From Nitrososphaeraceae archaeon (GTDB taxonomy: Archaea > Thermoproteota > Nitrososphaeria > Nitrososphaerales > Nitrososphaeraceae): 64,000 nucleotides of DNA. How positions within the stretch are numbered: the first letter of the stretch is position 1; each line of letters starts with the position of its first letter. The stretch is taken from NCBI GenBank assembly GCA_035250975.1, contig DATFEP010000014.1, forward strand, positions 1 through 64,000, given 5' to 3'. The translations under genes were made by a program, and so were the position numbers. Below the pieces are notes generated by a model. That model had not been told where the DNA came from. It did no database searches and worked only from the letters and a program-made list of their open reading frames with translations. Positions 28,520-39,169 of this stretch are shown in pieces.

Positions 28520-28868
28520 TTATTTTACTTATATCGGACCTTAAAAATTGGATTAAGGACAAACATGAGCATTAAAAAGAAACTTATTGCAATAAGATAT
28601 CTAAAAAATAAATACATTCCATAAGAGTAAAAGGATTAAAACATTGGATCTATCAAAAATGGATTTGTATGCATTTGAAATTTCGTATAGCTATCCCACG
28701 TAAATTAGAGCCATCAGGGAGTTGAATAGAGACAGTTTAAGTGTTCATTATTGACTAGTAATTGAGTCCAATTATTATTTATATTCATTGATGTTAAAAA
28801 CTCATCCATAGAGGAGGTTTAACGCTCATTTTTGCCTGTAATCCTAATCCATTAAATAACAAATCCAT

Positions 28869-28943
28869 TGGGCCCAGAGGGATTTGAACCCTCGACCAAC
28901 TGCTCCGCAGGCAGCCATTCTATCCAAACTGAACTATGAGCCC
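28869..28943 (-). tRNA. tRNA-Arg (anticodon GCG), no intron, CCA not encoded
   Basis: GGGCTCA/TGGGCCC acceptor stem, D-arm, GCTGC-CT-GCG-GA-GCAGT anticodon arm, GAGGG-TTCAAAT-CCCTC T-arm. Confidence 0.95.
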
Positions 28944-28977
28944 ACATCTCATAATAAAATATTATAAACTTGAATGT

Positions 28978-29442
28978 TTATAATTTATACTCACTCATTT
29001 CATTTCTTCTATCCCAACACTCTTTACAGAGTTGACCTTTAATGTTCCATTTTGGCTTTGGATGGTATCTGAAGAATTTTAGAGCTCGGTTGCATATTGC
29101 GCAATAATTTCTTTCTTTTTGAAATTCACTCTCTTTATTATCATAGCATTTTTTACACAAGATGCTTTCATTATTCATATTCCATTGCCATCTAGGTTTG
29201 AATTTTTTGGAATCTATCCCTATGTCCAATCCACAAATTGAACATCTATTTGCTTCTTTTTCCTGTCTCTCCTTTTCCTCCTGCTCTTTTATAACAAACT
29301 CCTTTGTCTTTAATGTATGACAATCACCGCATAAAAAGCCTTGAATCTTCCAATCTTTTGAAGGTTTATACTTGTGTTTTAACTGGGTTTTGCATACAGA
29401 ACAAAATTCGATCTTTCTTTTCCATAAATGAAAAACTGCCAT
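28978..29442 (-). CDS. Triple zinc-finger protein
   Basis: Three repeats of CxxC...(K/H)P...W.....LCxxC. Confidence 0.8.
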   Translation of the reverse strand: MAVFHLWKRKIEFCSVCKTQLKHKYKPSKDWKIQGFLCGDCHTLKTKEFVIKEQEEKERQEKEANRCSICGLDIGIDSKKFKPRWQWNMNNESILCKKCYDNKESEFQKERNYCAICNRALKFFRYHPKPKWNIKGQLCKECWDRRNEMSEYKL

Positions 29443-29612
29443 TCACCTTGTTGTTATAGATATTATATTTCGGCTTTATATTTATAAATCAATGTGATTT
29501 ACAAGTATTTCAAACCAAAATAGAAAATTTATTTATTCTTTTTGGAGATTCTCTTTTTATCACCTGATACATAAAGATAATATATTAAATAAATATACTG
29601 ACACTATTATTT

Positions 29613-30206
29613 TTGAATAAGGGTCGATTAATTGTATTAGAGGGAATGGATAAGGCAGGCAAAGGAACTCAATGTAAATTATTAAATGAATATCTAAATA
29701 AAAATGGTAAAAAAAGTCAGGTTTTAGATTTCCCTGATTATACTACTACTCTTGGAAAAGAAATACGAAAATTTTTGGATGGAAAGAATAATTTTCCTTT
29801 AGAAGTTCAGCATATGTTGTTATCTGCAAATAGGTGGGAAAAAAAGGAAACAATATTAAATATTCTCAATACAGGAACTACAATTATTATGGATCGTTAT
29901 TATCAATCAAATCTTGTTTACGGTCTCTCTAATGGATTGGATCTAGATTGGTTGGTCAATCTTGATAAAGGTTTACCTAAAGAAGATCTGGTTATAATAT
30001 TAGAAATAAGTTCTAATACATCTAATAAAAGAGTAATTAATCATAGAGATATTTTTGAAAAAAATAATAATCTTTTAATAAAAGTGAAAAAAAATTATAA
30101 AAAATTAGCCCAAATTTATGGATGGTATATAATTGATGGCGAGCGAAGTATAAAAGACGTTCATCAAAAAATATGTAACCTATTGAGAAGCGAAATAAAT
30201 ATATAA
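29613..30206 (+). CDS. tmk: Thymidylate kinase
   Basis: LEGMDKAGKGTQ P-loop, FPDY, SANRWE and MDRY motifs. Confidence 0.95.
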   Translation: MNKGRLIVLEGMDKAGKGTQCKLLNEYLNKNGKKSQVLDFPDYTTTLGKEIRKFLDGKNNFPLEVQHMLLSANRWEKKETILNILNTGTTIIMDRYYQSNLVYGLSNGLDLDWLVNLDKGLPKEDLVIILEISSNTSNKRVINHRDIFEKNNNLLIKVKKNYKKLAQIYGWYIIDGERSIKDVHQKICNLLRSEINI

Positions 30207-30602
30207 CATATTCTCTTTTTCCTATTTTGTTTATACAATTTTGTATGTAGAATAAAGATCTTTAATTTGCTGCAGTGTTGTCTAAGTAGGAGTAAATTTT
30301 TATCGTGTACTTCATTTCCGGATTTGTATCCAAAAGAGGATACAGTTTGTTTTTCTATATGCCTATAAATTCTCTGGAATATCTTACCACAGAATCGTGT
30401 AAATATACTAAGCTAAAGATCTATCTATCACGTATACTTATCAAAATTGTAAATATTAGTCTACTATAATTGTCAATTTATGTATTACATTAACTTTTAA
30501 CGTAAGCCATTTTTCTAGAAATATATTCAAAATAAATAGAAAAAGAATATAACTAATAGTAGATACTTTTAAGTATAAAATACCGGGTTTTTATATAGGA
30601 AG

Positions 30603-31808
30603 ATGATCAAATCATTTACGATTTACATTACTATTGTGGCAATTATGTTGTTTATTCCTATGATTAATTTAACTTCTATTTCTGCTGAACCTATTATTAA
30701 AGACTCATCATTAAGTGTGGATATCATTGCTGAGGACCTTTCTGAACCTACAGGAATGACTTTTTTAAATGGAGATATCATGGTTATTGAAAAGGATGGT
30801 AATGTTAAATTGATATCACATGATACTTTACAACAGTCGACCATCTTTCAATTTGATGTAAATACTAAAAGTGAAAGAGGATTATTGGGAATTGAATCAA
30901 ATGGAAAAGATCTATTTTTTTATTTGACTGATTCAAATGTCGATCCACTGAAGAATAGAGTTTTTAAATATTCATGGGATGGAACTAAATTGCAAAATCC
31001 ACAATTGTTACTCGATCTTCCTGCCTTACCAGGTCCAAATCATGATGCAGGAAAACTCGTATTAGACAGAAATAAACAAGATGGATCTACAGAAAATCTA
31101 TATGTAGTTATAGGAGATCTTAATCGTAATGGAATTTTACAAAACCAAAAATCTACTGAGAAACCTGATGACACCGGAGTAATATTTAGAATTAAATCTT
31201 TAGAAGGTTCAGCAGTACTAAATAATCCTTTTTCGAAAGATGTCGATTTTTCCAAATATTTTGCTTATGGGATAAGGAATAGCTTTGGACTAACTTTAGA
31301 CCCTCAATCAGGATTTGTATGGGAAACCGAAAATGGTCCAAGCTCATACGATGAAATTAATATTGTCAAACCTGGATTTAATAGTGGATGGAATGAAGTT
31401 ATGGGACCGATCGATAGAACAAATAAAAATGAAAATGATCTAGTAATGATACCAGGCGCTCATTATAAGGATCCCATTCTCAGTTGGAAAGAACCTGTAG
31501 CACTAACAGATATTGAATTTTTAAATTCATCTAAACTCGGAGTTAAGTATTATAACAATTTGTTTGTAGGAGATTATAAAAACGGAAACTTGTATTTCTT
31601 ATCCCTTAACCAACAACGAGAAGATATAGATATCAATCAATATTCGCAAGAATTGAATGACAGGGTAATCGATAGAGAAAGCGAATCATCGTCAGTTATA
31701 TTCGGTGAGGGATTTGGAGGCATATCAGATATTGAAACAGGACCAGATGGATTTCTGTATGTATTGTCGTATGAGAATGGGGACCTATATAGGATATCTA
31801 AGAATTAA
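30603..31808 (+). CDS. Secreted PQQ-dependent sugar (glucose/sorbosone) dehydrogenase family protein
   Basis: Signal peptide; ERGLLG, NHDAG, YGIRNSFG, ENGP..DEIN and GPDG.LYV motifs. Confidence 0.9.
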   Translation: MIKSFTIYITIVAIMLFIPMINLTSISAEPIIKDSSLSVDIIAEDLSEPTGMTFLNGDIMVIEKDGNVKLISHDTLQQSTIFQFDVNTKSERGLLGIESNGKDLFFYLTDSNVDPLKNRVFKYSWDGTKLQNPQLLLDLPALPGPNHDAGKLVLDRNKQDGSTENLYVVIGDLNRNGILQNQKSTEKPDDTGVIFRIKSLEGSAVLNNPFSKDVDFSKYFAYGIRNSFGLTLDPQSGFVWETENGPSSYDEINIVKPGFNSGWNEVMGPIDRTNKNENDLVMIPGAHYKDPILSWKEPVALTDIEFLNSSKLGVKYYNNLFVGDYKNGNLYFLSLNQQREDIDINQYSQELNDRVIDRESESSSVIFGEGFGGISDIETGPDGFLYVLSYENGDLYRISKN

Positions 31809-32124
31809 TTTTTTTCGCATAATCAATTATCAAAGATGATGGAAGATCTTGTGCTAACGACGAAAATAAAAAATCATCGTATATCTCAATCCAATCTCGG
31901 CCTTCTTCTAAATTAGCCCTTAAAATGTATTCTTTTTTATTTTCAGTAAAAAAACTGGCAATAATCTCACCAGATGATTTTATCAATTCCTTGGGTAAAA
32001 CTATTCCTTTCTTACCTGCCTGAATATTTATAGTATAGGCCATGTCCTTAATCAATGCTTTTCCCACCAAATAACTCTCACCGAATGTCATCTTTAAAGA
32101 AAATTCCAATGGATATTGATACAT
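31798..32124 (-). CDS. Hypothetical protein
   Basis: ATG-started 108-aa ORF with an upstream TATA-like TTTATATA. Confidence 0.6.
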   Translation of the reverse strand: MYQYPLEFSLKMTFGESYLVGKALIKDMAYTINIQAGKKGIVLPKELIKSSGEIIASFFTENKKEYILRANLEEGRDWIEIYDDFLFSSLAQDLPSSLIIDYAKKINS

Positions 32125-32428
32125 TTATTTCAATTTAATAATTAAAAATTATATAAAGTAACTTATTTAAAATTCTCAAATTTGATTACTAGCCCTAATT
32201 TTGAAAATAATCATCAAGATTTAAGGTCTATATAGTATCTTTTTTAAGGTATTTTATACGTTCTATTTTTAGTAATTAGTAAGGAATAACAAACGTCTAT
32301 AGGTATTGGCTTAATATTGTATCTTTTTCCTCAATACGATTTATCATTTTCGTATCTCTAAAATTTCAAATTCGACCATTTTGTTCTCTTTTCTAAGTAT
32401 TTAACAGAATATAGCGATAAGCGTCATA

Positions 32429-32605
32429 TTATAGACGAATGCCTGAAGCATACCAATTTCCGTGGGATGCTTCTTGAAATACTATTATCACTTCTTCTTT
32501 GTTTACATGTAATATCTTAACTATATCATCCGTCAATGCTTCTGCGAGTCTATCTTTTTCTTTCTGTGTTCTACCACTATACATTGATACTGTTATTATT
32601 GGCAT
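32429..32605 (-). CDS. 4-oxalocrotonate tautomerase family protein (not in ORF track)
   Basis: MPIITVSMYSGRTQKEKDRLAEALTDDIVKILHVNKEEVIIVFQEASHGNWYASGIRL*: catalytic Pro-1, GR motif, 'NW..G' ending. Confidence 0.9.
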   Translation of the reverse strand: MPIITVSMYSGRTQKEKDRLAEALTDDIVKILHVNKEEVIIVFQEASHGNWYASGIRL

Positions 32606-33130
32606 AACTTAATAATGAAAAGAGAAATAGATAAGAATTTTGTTTATTAAACTGAATAACCAAAACGAAAAATAAAGTGAGAAGTAATATAGTTCACTTT
32701 TTGTACTAAAGACACGCCCGTTTCAAACAAATAAAATATTGATTTTTTAGAATATATAAAAACTATGATTTAATGATTTTACAAGTTTAATCATGTAATT
32801 TAAGTCGGACGTAAAAGTCTTATTTTGGTTATGAATCTGCTTTATGACCATCCAAATGAGAGCAGCAGTAAAATATTGTTCGTTAATATTTTTGGATGCA
32901 ATAAATATTTCTCGAATAAATCATCTTCAGTTCAAATATGATTAATTCTGAAACATATTCATCTTTTAATGATTATTCTAATTTATTTTTAGTCGGTTGT
33001 GTTAATTTTTATAAAATATTAAAATCATAATCTTCAATGTTACCATTATCTGTAATATAAGATATGACTTTCAGGAGAAAAATTAGGTTGTGCTCTTGTT
33101 TCCAATTCAGTTTGAATTATATTAGATTTT

Positions 33131-34057
33131 CTATTCTTTTCCATCCTCATAATATTCTCCACCTGGCCTGAAATCTTCTTCGTGTCTGGTTACTATCTTG
33201 TTGGGATTATCAAAATCCTTTATGAATTTCTTCTCGCATTCAGTCATCTGTGGCGGTCCTAACTCTTCTGCTGAGGCACAACCAAAAACCATATCGCCTT
33301 TTTCTACAGTACCCAATTCGGTATTTCTATCGAACGTAAATGGAACTCTTATTATATAACTTTCATCAGATTTATCGTCTGTTTTTTTTACCTCATCTTC
33401 TATATTTACTGTTTTCATTTGATATTCACCTTTGACCATTGCTATTACAGTAAGCAGATCAACATCCTTTTGATCATATATTGGGGTTATAACAGTAATT
33501 TTTACGTCACCAGGAAGTTGGTTACCTGTTACAGGTAATTTGTTTAATTCAACACTTTTTTGAAATTTCATCATTGTATTAAATAAGCGTGCCGTGCTGG
33601 CATCGGTACCCTCTATAGTTTGACCTTCGTCACAATCATACGTTTTTATGGCGCTATAATTGTTTGCTAATTTTGTTTGCTCATCATTTAGTACATAGCC
33701 ACATACAAAATACTCATCATTGCCAATTGAAGAGATTTCATTAGTTTTATTGAATTCTAGATTTGAGGTCAAAACATTATTTGTTACCGCACTCTTCTCT
33801 GTTTGTGGATCAAAATATTGAATTTTTGCTTCCCCATTGACATATGCTACAATCTTTATCTTGTCTGTGTCTTTTAGTTCTATATTGTTTAAATTCATTT
33901 TAATGTGCAGATTTAATAAATCTTTATCATCATTGCTCTTTTCACTTACAGCTAATACTGAAATTTGGTAATTGAAAGATAATAATAATAGGATAATAGA
34001 AAAAACAGAGAAAATCTGAGAATATACAAAACTAGATCTATTTACAGTAACTTTCAT
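33131..34057 (-). CDS. Secreted hypothetical protein, paralogue of 14871..15695
   Basis: Signal peptide; YFVCGY...YDCDEG and AMVKG...FTFDR.T..G....GD..FGCASAEEL.PP..TECEK. Confidence 0.8.
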   Translation of the reverse strand: MKVTVNRSSFVYSQIFSVFSIILLLLSFNYQISVLAVSEKSNDDKDLLNLHIKMNLNNIELKDTDKIKIVAYVNGEAKIQYFDPQTEKSAVTNNVLTSNLEFNKTNEISSIGNDEYFVCGYVLNDEQTKLANNYSAIKTYDCDEGQTIEGTDASTARLFNTMMKFQKSVELNKLPVTGNQLPGDVKITVITPIYDQKDVDLLTVIAMVKGEYQMKTVNIEDEVKKTDDKSDESYIIRVPFTFDRNTELGTVEKGDMVFGCASAEELGPPQMTECEKKFIKDFDNPNKIVTRHEEDFRPGGEYYEDGKE

Positions 34058-34501
34058 CTCAGAGACTATATATTTTATGATATTTAAGGAATACTAGCTT
34101 TTATTTATTCCAAATCCGATATAATTTTCAAACTAGAACAAAATATAACCAAACCCTTGGAATCACATGGTATTATTGATCTCGATCCCAAGTGGTCTAA
34201 AAAAATAGAGATACGTAAGAATTATTAGTAAATAATCTGACTCTTATTCGGATAAAATTTATAAATTGCTGAATTGTCTTTCTGCTTTCAGTAAAGTAGT
34301 AATGATTAAAAACGATATTTTGATTAAATTAAAATTCCGACCGAAAAATATCTGTGTTTTAAAATGAAATAAAATTTTTATTGCATATTAATTTTTGTGA
34401 TTTGATGGCTTAATATCTGCCTTGGTCTATATTGAGAAATTAAAAAAATTAAAGTTACAATAAAATTTTATTTGGAAACTATATTTTTATTTTATATTTA
34501 T

Positions 34502-34984
34502 TTACATTTTGTATCCAATCCTTCTAAGAAATTGTTTTCTTTCATCTTCGTCTTTTTCTGTTTCAATTCCCTTGGACTTAAAGCCGTCCACTATTCCAAT
34601 TATGGATCTGCCCTGGTCTGTTTCATAAAGTATTACTTCAATAGGGTTTGCTGTTGCACAGTAAACATTCACAATTTCAGGAACTTCTTTCAACCTAGGC
34701 AATACATTAATTGGATAAGCATTCTCGATGAGAATTAGAAGACTATGACCAGCAGCAATATCATAAGCATACCGAGAAGATAACCTTCTCAAATCCAAAT
34801 CATTACCAGTATGTCTCACCAAGCATGGACCGCTCGCCTCGCAAAATGCAAGTCCAAATTTTATGTTTGGAACACAATTTATCAAACATTCGAAAACATC
34901 TTCAACTGTTTTTATGAAATGACTTTGTGCTAGAATAATCTGAACACCTTCTGGAGGACTGATCTTTATAATTCTGTAATTCAT
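34502..34984 (-). CDS. Adenosine-specific kinase family protein (Pfam Adenosine_kin type)
   Basis: QSHFIKTVED, FGLAFCEASGPCLVR, AGHS, YPINVL, CATANP and GIVDG motifs. Confidence 0.9.
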   Translation of the reverse strand: MNYRIIKISPPEGVQIILAQSHFIKTVEDVFECLINCVPNIKFGLAFCEASGPCLVRHTGNDLDLRRLSSRYAYDIAAGHSLLILIENAYPINVLPRLKEVPEIVNVYCATANPIEVILYETDQGRSIIGIVDGFKSKGIETEKDEDERKQFLRRIGYKM

Positions 34985-35978
34985 ACATAAATTAATATTT
35001 TTATGATATTTAAATAGGGGTCATATATATACGTTATTAAAAGTTCTTAAATAAAGGAATATAAAATGCTCAAAATATAACCGAAATAATTACTCATAAA
35101 TCCGACATTTTCAAACAATTAGATTATTAACCATTTTAAAAAGGATTTTGAATTAAAAAAAAGAAACTCAAATATCTTAAAAGATGTCCATCTTAAATTC
35201 TTTTATTATCTTATTGTATTTAAAAACGTATTTTACTTTTTGATAAACGCATATCTTTACTTAAATATTTTTTAAATAAATTGCTTCAATTTTTATTTTT
35301 TTTTCAAAGAGGAATCTAATCACAAATATGAAATTTCCATCTGTTAATTTTTTATTTGTTAACTTTATTTTATGTTTTATCGATCTGATATTTAAATTCA
35401 GAAAAAATGCAGAAAGTCTTTCAATTTTCTATTTTTTCATTATTTAAGATAATTATAACTGATCGAATCTTGAACTACTTAATATTCGAAAATTGAAAAG
35501 ATATAAAACAGGTTATCCTCCAGACTAAATCTCTGTTAGATTAATTCTATATGCAAGCCAGGAAATATATTGTAGATATTCTCTGATTTAATGTTTGAGA
35601 GGTTCTCAAAATAACGCTTGCATAAAGTGTGTCTCGTTAACGTAAGTTAACGTAAATACATTTGTATACTTAATACATTCTTGATTAATTTTTACTTTCC
35701 TTGTTCAAATAATTGTTCCATTTTTTTTAAAGAAATTATAGTAATAAATCATTATTAAGAGTATTATTATTTCGTCAAAATCCCCACTATTTGTAAAATC
35801 AAATATTTCGAATACGAAATTTTTATTAGTTAGTATCAAATCTAGTATATGGAGATTATAATTGTCTGTGAAAATATATCAATTTATTTCAAGCTCCAAT
35901 TACTACTGTCTTTATCAAAACAAAATAGTTGTATATTGAGAAAAGTAAAAATAATCCGTAGCCTTATAATAAAATAAT

Positions 35979-36248
35979 TTGTCAAATTCTAAACATTTTA
36001 CCAGAGAAAACGCTAGGAAAGTGGGCGAGACACTAGGTGTTGACTGGAGTAAATTCGACATAGAGCAATTTAGAATGGGTTTGGATGTGGAATTGGAACA
36101 TGGAATAAGGAACGAACACACAGATGTTACTCATGACGACGAGATTATGACTGGTAAAATTGCTCTTGCACATTTGAATGAATTTCCTGATTATTATTCA
36201 CGATTAAAAAAGATGGAAGACGAAGCAAAGGAATTTTACAACAAATAA
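35979..36248 (+). CDS. DUF5661-like protein
   Basis: QFRMGLDVELEHG...DVT.DD...TGKIALAHL.EFPDYY.RL..ME. Confidence 0.85.
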   Translation: MSNSKHFTRENARKVGETLGVDWSKFDIEQFRMGLDVELEHGIRNEHTDVTHDDEIMTGKIALAHLNEFPDYYSRLKKMEDEAKEFYNK

Positions 36249-36797
36249 TTTTGTCCAAGTTTGGAAATGGATATTGGAGAGTTTTATAAAATTTAGTAAA
36301 TATCATTTGATGTTAATAATAGATTGCTAAATATTTTTTCCGAATATATTAATTATAATAGAAAATATATAGATTGGATTAAATTAGGTTCTCTCTTTTA
36401 TTATCATACAATATGATTTTAGGAAGTCACTAAATCGCAAATATGTTAAAATTCGTTTACTCTATAATTTCTAGTTTAGAAAATCATGATGTTATCCTCG
36501 ATGTCTAGTTTAGATGAAAGGATTTCTTCTATTCTTATCTATCTGTATTTCTGGCACAGGTCAATGTAAATATTCGAACATTATGTGTATAATATGATAT
36601 AAAGGGTACGGCTATATTATAATAATCAAATTATTCTTATACAAGTTTTACAACAAAAGTGTATATTATGAGATTTTCAATCAATCATACAAAGTAATCT
36701 ATCTTGCCAAAAATTCTTGCAATAACTGGATGTTTATTATCATTTTTATGAATCTATAAAATAATCTTTAATCTTTATTTTAAAAAAAAGGGATTAT

Positions 36798-37712
36798 TTA
36801 TTCCAAACGAAGTTTTTTACTAATTTGCTTAGCAATTGCCCTAATTGTAACTTCTGAAACTCCTGCAGCATCCGATATTTGTTTTTGTGTAATTCCTTTC
36901 TTCATCCTCTTTTTGTTACTGTATGGAAGGGATATATAAATAGTGGCGCCCGCTATTCCCATTGGGTCTCTTCCAGCACTAAAACCAGTTATTTCGAGCC
37001 TCTTCATTAACTGAAGTGCCATTCTTATGTTCCTTTCGTCCAAATCTGCATTTCTTCCGACTTTTTCTATAAGTTGATATATGTTTTGCTGAGGAATCTT
37101 CTGGTCCAGATGTAATATAATCTGCCTGTATACTCTGGAGGTTTCGTTGTATTTACCATTATTTGCATTAATGACCTCCATAATGGTTCTAGGTATACTA
37201 AATTCTCTGCATGCTACGTACAACGATGCTCCTAATACAGTATTTATTTTCCTTCCCTTTACTAGTCCATCTTCTTGGACTTTTCTGTATATATAAGCAG
37301 CTTTTTCAATTACTGCAGCTGGTAGGTTAAGTTTATCTTTTAAAGCGTCTAATTGTCTGAATGCGATACTCAAGTTTCTAGAAGATTTATGTATTTGAGA
37401 CCTTCTATCCCAATTTCGAAGTCTATTAAACCTTACTTGCATTCTGGAATCAATTATGTGGCCAGTTGAATCTCTTTGAGTTCGGGCAATAGTAGTAGAA
37501 AGTCCTTTATCGTGACGCGCTAAAGATGAAGGATATCCGTTAGATGTATTTAGGTGTTCATCATCTGCTGTATTCCAGATTTTTTTTGTATATTCTATAC
37601 TTCTGGCGGCAACTATACCACACTTAGAACATATAACCTCTCCTGCTTCATTATCGGTGATCATTTTCGCTTCGTTCGGATCACATGTTTGACATTGAAT
37701 TATTGATTGCAT
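36798..37712 (-). CDS. tfb: Transcription initiation factor B paralogue
   Basis: Zn ribbon CQTC...GEVICSKCG, DKGLSTTI, two cyclin repeats (KGRK..., AGRDP), GVSEVTIR HTH. Confidence 0.92.
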   Translation of the reverse strand: MQSIIQCQTCDPNEAKMITDNEAGEVICSKCGIVAARSIEYTKKIWNTADDEHLNTSNGYPSSLARHDKGLSTTIARTQRDSTGHIIDSRMQVRFNRLRNWDRRSQIHKSSRNLSIAFRQLDALKDKLNLPAAVIEKAAYIYRKVQEDGLVKGRKINTVLGASLYVACREFSIPRTIMEVINANNGKYNETSRVYRQIILHLDQKIPQQNIYQLIEKVGRNADLDERNIRMALQLMKRLEITGFSAGRDPMGIAGATIYISLPYSNKKRMKKGITQKQISDAAGVSEVTIRAIAKQISKKLRLE

Positions 37713-38234
37713 ATTTTGTTTTGTATTTATTATAAATATAGGCAAACAAATATATAAATCTTATACTATTATGTATAAAATTTCTAACCGTTATACCATC
37801 TAAAATAAATAATAGGAATCTATGATCCTCCAATTAATCCTGTTATGAATACCTGGTATAGATTGATAGCTGTTTCACGTTATTTTTAAACTAGAAGTAA
37901 TTAACAACCTTGTTGAAAAATGCCCTCATACCGAATGATTTGTAAGTTCATATAAAAAAATATAAAATTCTTTTATGAATTCCACTATATCACAAAATTA
38001 TATTCATATTCTCGAAATCTAAAATGGTACACATTGAAATTTTATTTATAGAATATCAGATATTATATGACACTTAACGAAATGCCTCATTTTGTTAATT
38101 TTATGTCCACTATATTTCTAGTTATAATAATCAATTGTAGTCAAACTTGAAAGTATAATAAAACTGTTATTCAAAAGTAATATAACATATAATAATGGCA
38201 TTGAATGACTAATTAATACAAAGGTAAGCAATTA

Positions 38235-39119
38235 ATGATTGGTAATAAGGAATTTGTTACTGATTTCAGATCATTATTAGATAAGAAAAGATTTGAAGAA
38301 CAGATAATTGATGGACAATCTGGATTTTATGATAAGATAGAAGAAGTTTTTATTCCTGAAAATGTGTTTGCTACTCTTTTTAACAACATAGGACCTAGAT
38401 ATCAACCATCCAACATAGAAATTCAAAACATGATCCAGAGTAGTCGAAAAAGAGTGTCAAGCACAATAAAGGATATCCATCAGAATACCAAAGATTCTTA
38501 CGCTCAAATATTTTTGTCCTATTTATCTCATAAATTCCTGCTTGAAAACAAGAAACAACCCAGAGATATGGTAATTCTCTATATAGATCTGGTTGGTTCT
38601 ACAGCACTAACAGCTATACTGAATCCTGAAGAATTATCCATGATCGTTAGAATATTTTGTCAAGAAATTTCAATTTGTATATCAAGATATTTCGGTTATG
38701 TGTTAAAATATGCCGGTGATGCAGTAATTGGTTATTTTCCTGAGGGTTCGATACTATCGAAAGGAGATCTACATGAGCATGCAATAAAATGTGGGTTTTA
38801 TATGCAGAAGTTGTTAGATGAATCAGTTAATGAAATTCTCTATCAGAATAAATATCCTAAGTTAAGAAGTCGAATAGCAATTGATGTTGGTAAAAATCAG
38901 ATAGTAGTGCTTGGATCAGAACCAGATCTGTTAGGTTATGTGATAAGCAGAGCAGCCAAAATCATGGGTAAGGCCCCCCCTAACAATATCATAATAGGAG
39001 AAAATGTTTTTAGAAATCTCAATGATAATACTAAAGAAAAATTTCCTTTAAAGGATAAATTTATGCTCTTTGAAACAGGAGAAATTTATTCAACACATAT
39101 GACAAATAAAAAGAAATAG
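38235..39119 (+). CDS. Class III adenylate/guanylate cyclase domain protein
   Basis: LYIDLVGST and KYAGDAV metal-binding aspartates, RIAIDVG, DLLG..ISRAAKI. Confidence 0.9.
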   Translation: MIGNKEFVTDFRSLLDKKRFEEQIIDGQSGFYDKIEEVFIPENVFATLFNNIGPRYQPSNIEIQNMIQSSRKRVSSTIKDIHQNTKDSYAQIFLSYLSHKFLLENKKQPRDMVILYIDLVGSTALTAILNPEELSMIVRIFCQEISICISRYFGYVLKYAGDAVIGYFPEGSILSKGDLHEHAIKCGFYMQKLLDESVNEILYQNKYPKLRSRIAIDVGKNQIVVLGSEPDLLGYVISRAAKIMGKAPPNNIIIGENVFRNLNDNTKEKFPLKDKFMLFETGEIYSTHMTNKKK

Positions 39120-39169
39120 TTAATTTCAGAATTGAAAGTTTTATTACTTTAAGTAATAATTTCATTGAT

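Noticed and set aside
28500-28943. Integrated element at tRNA-Arg
   Set aside because: No integrase and no duplicate of this tRNA's 3' end seen; the tRNA-like piece at 26506 differs in sequence
38235-39119. Pycsar-type anti-phage cyclase
   Set aside because: No adjacent TM or TIR effector gene; the residues look adenine-specific and the context looks like signalling
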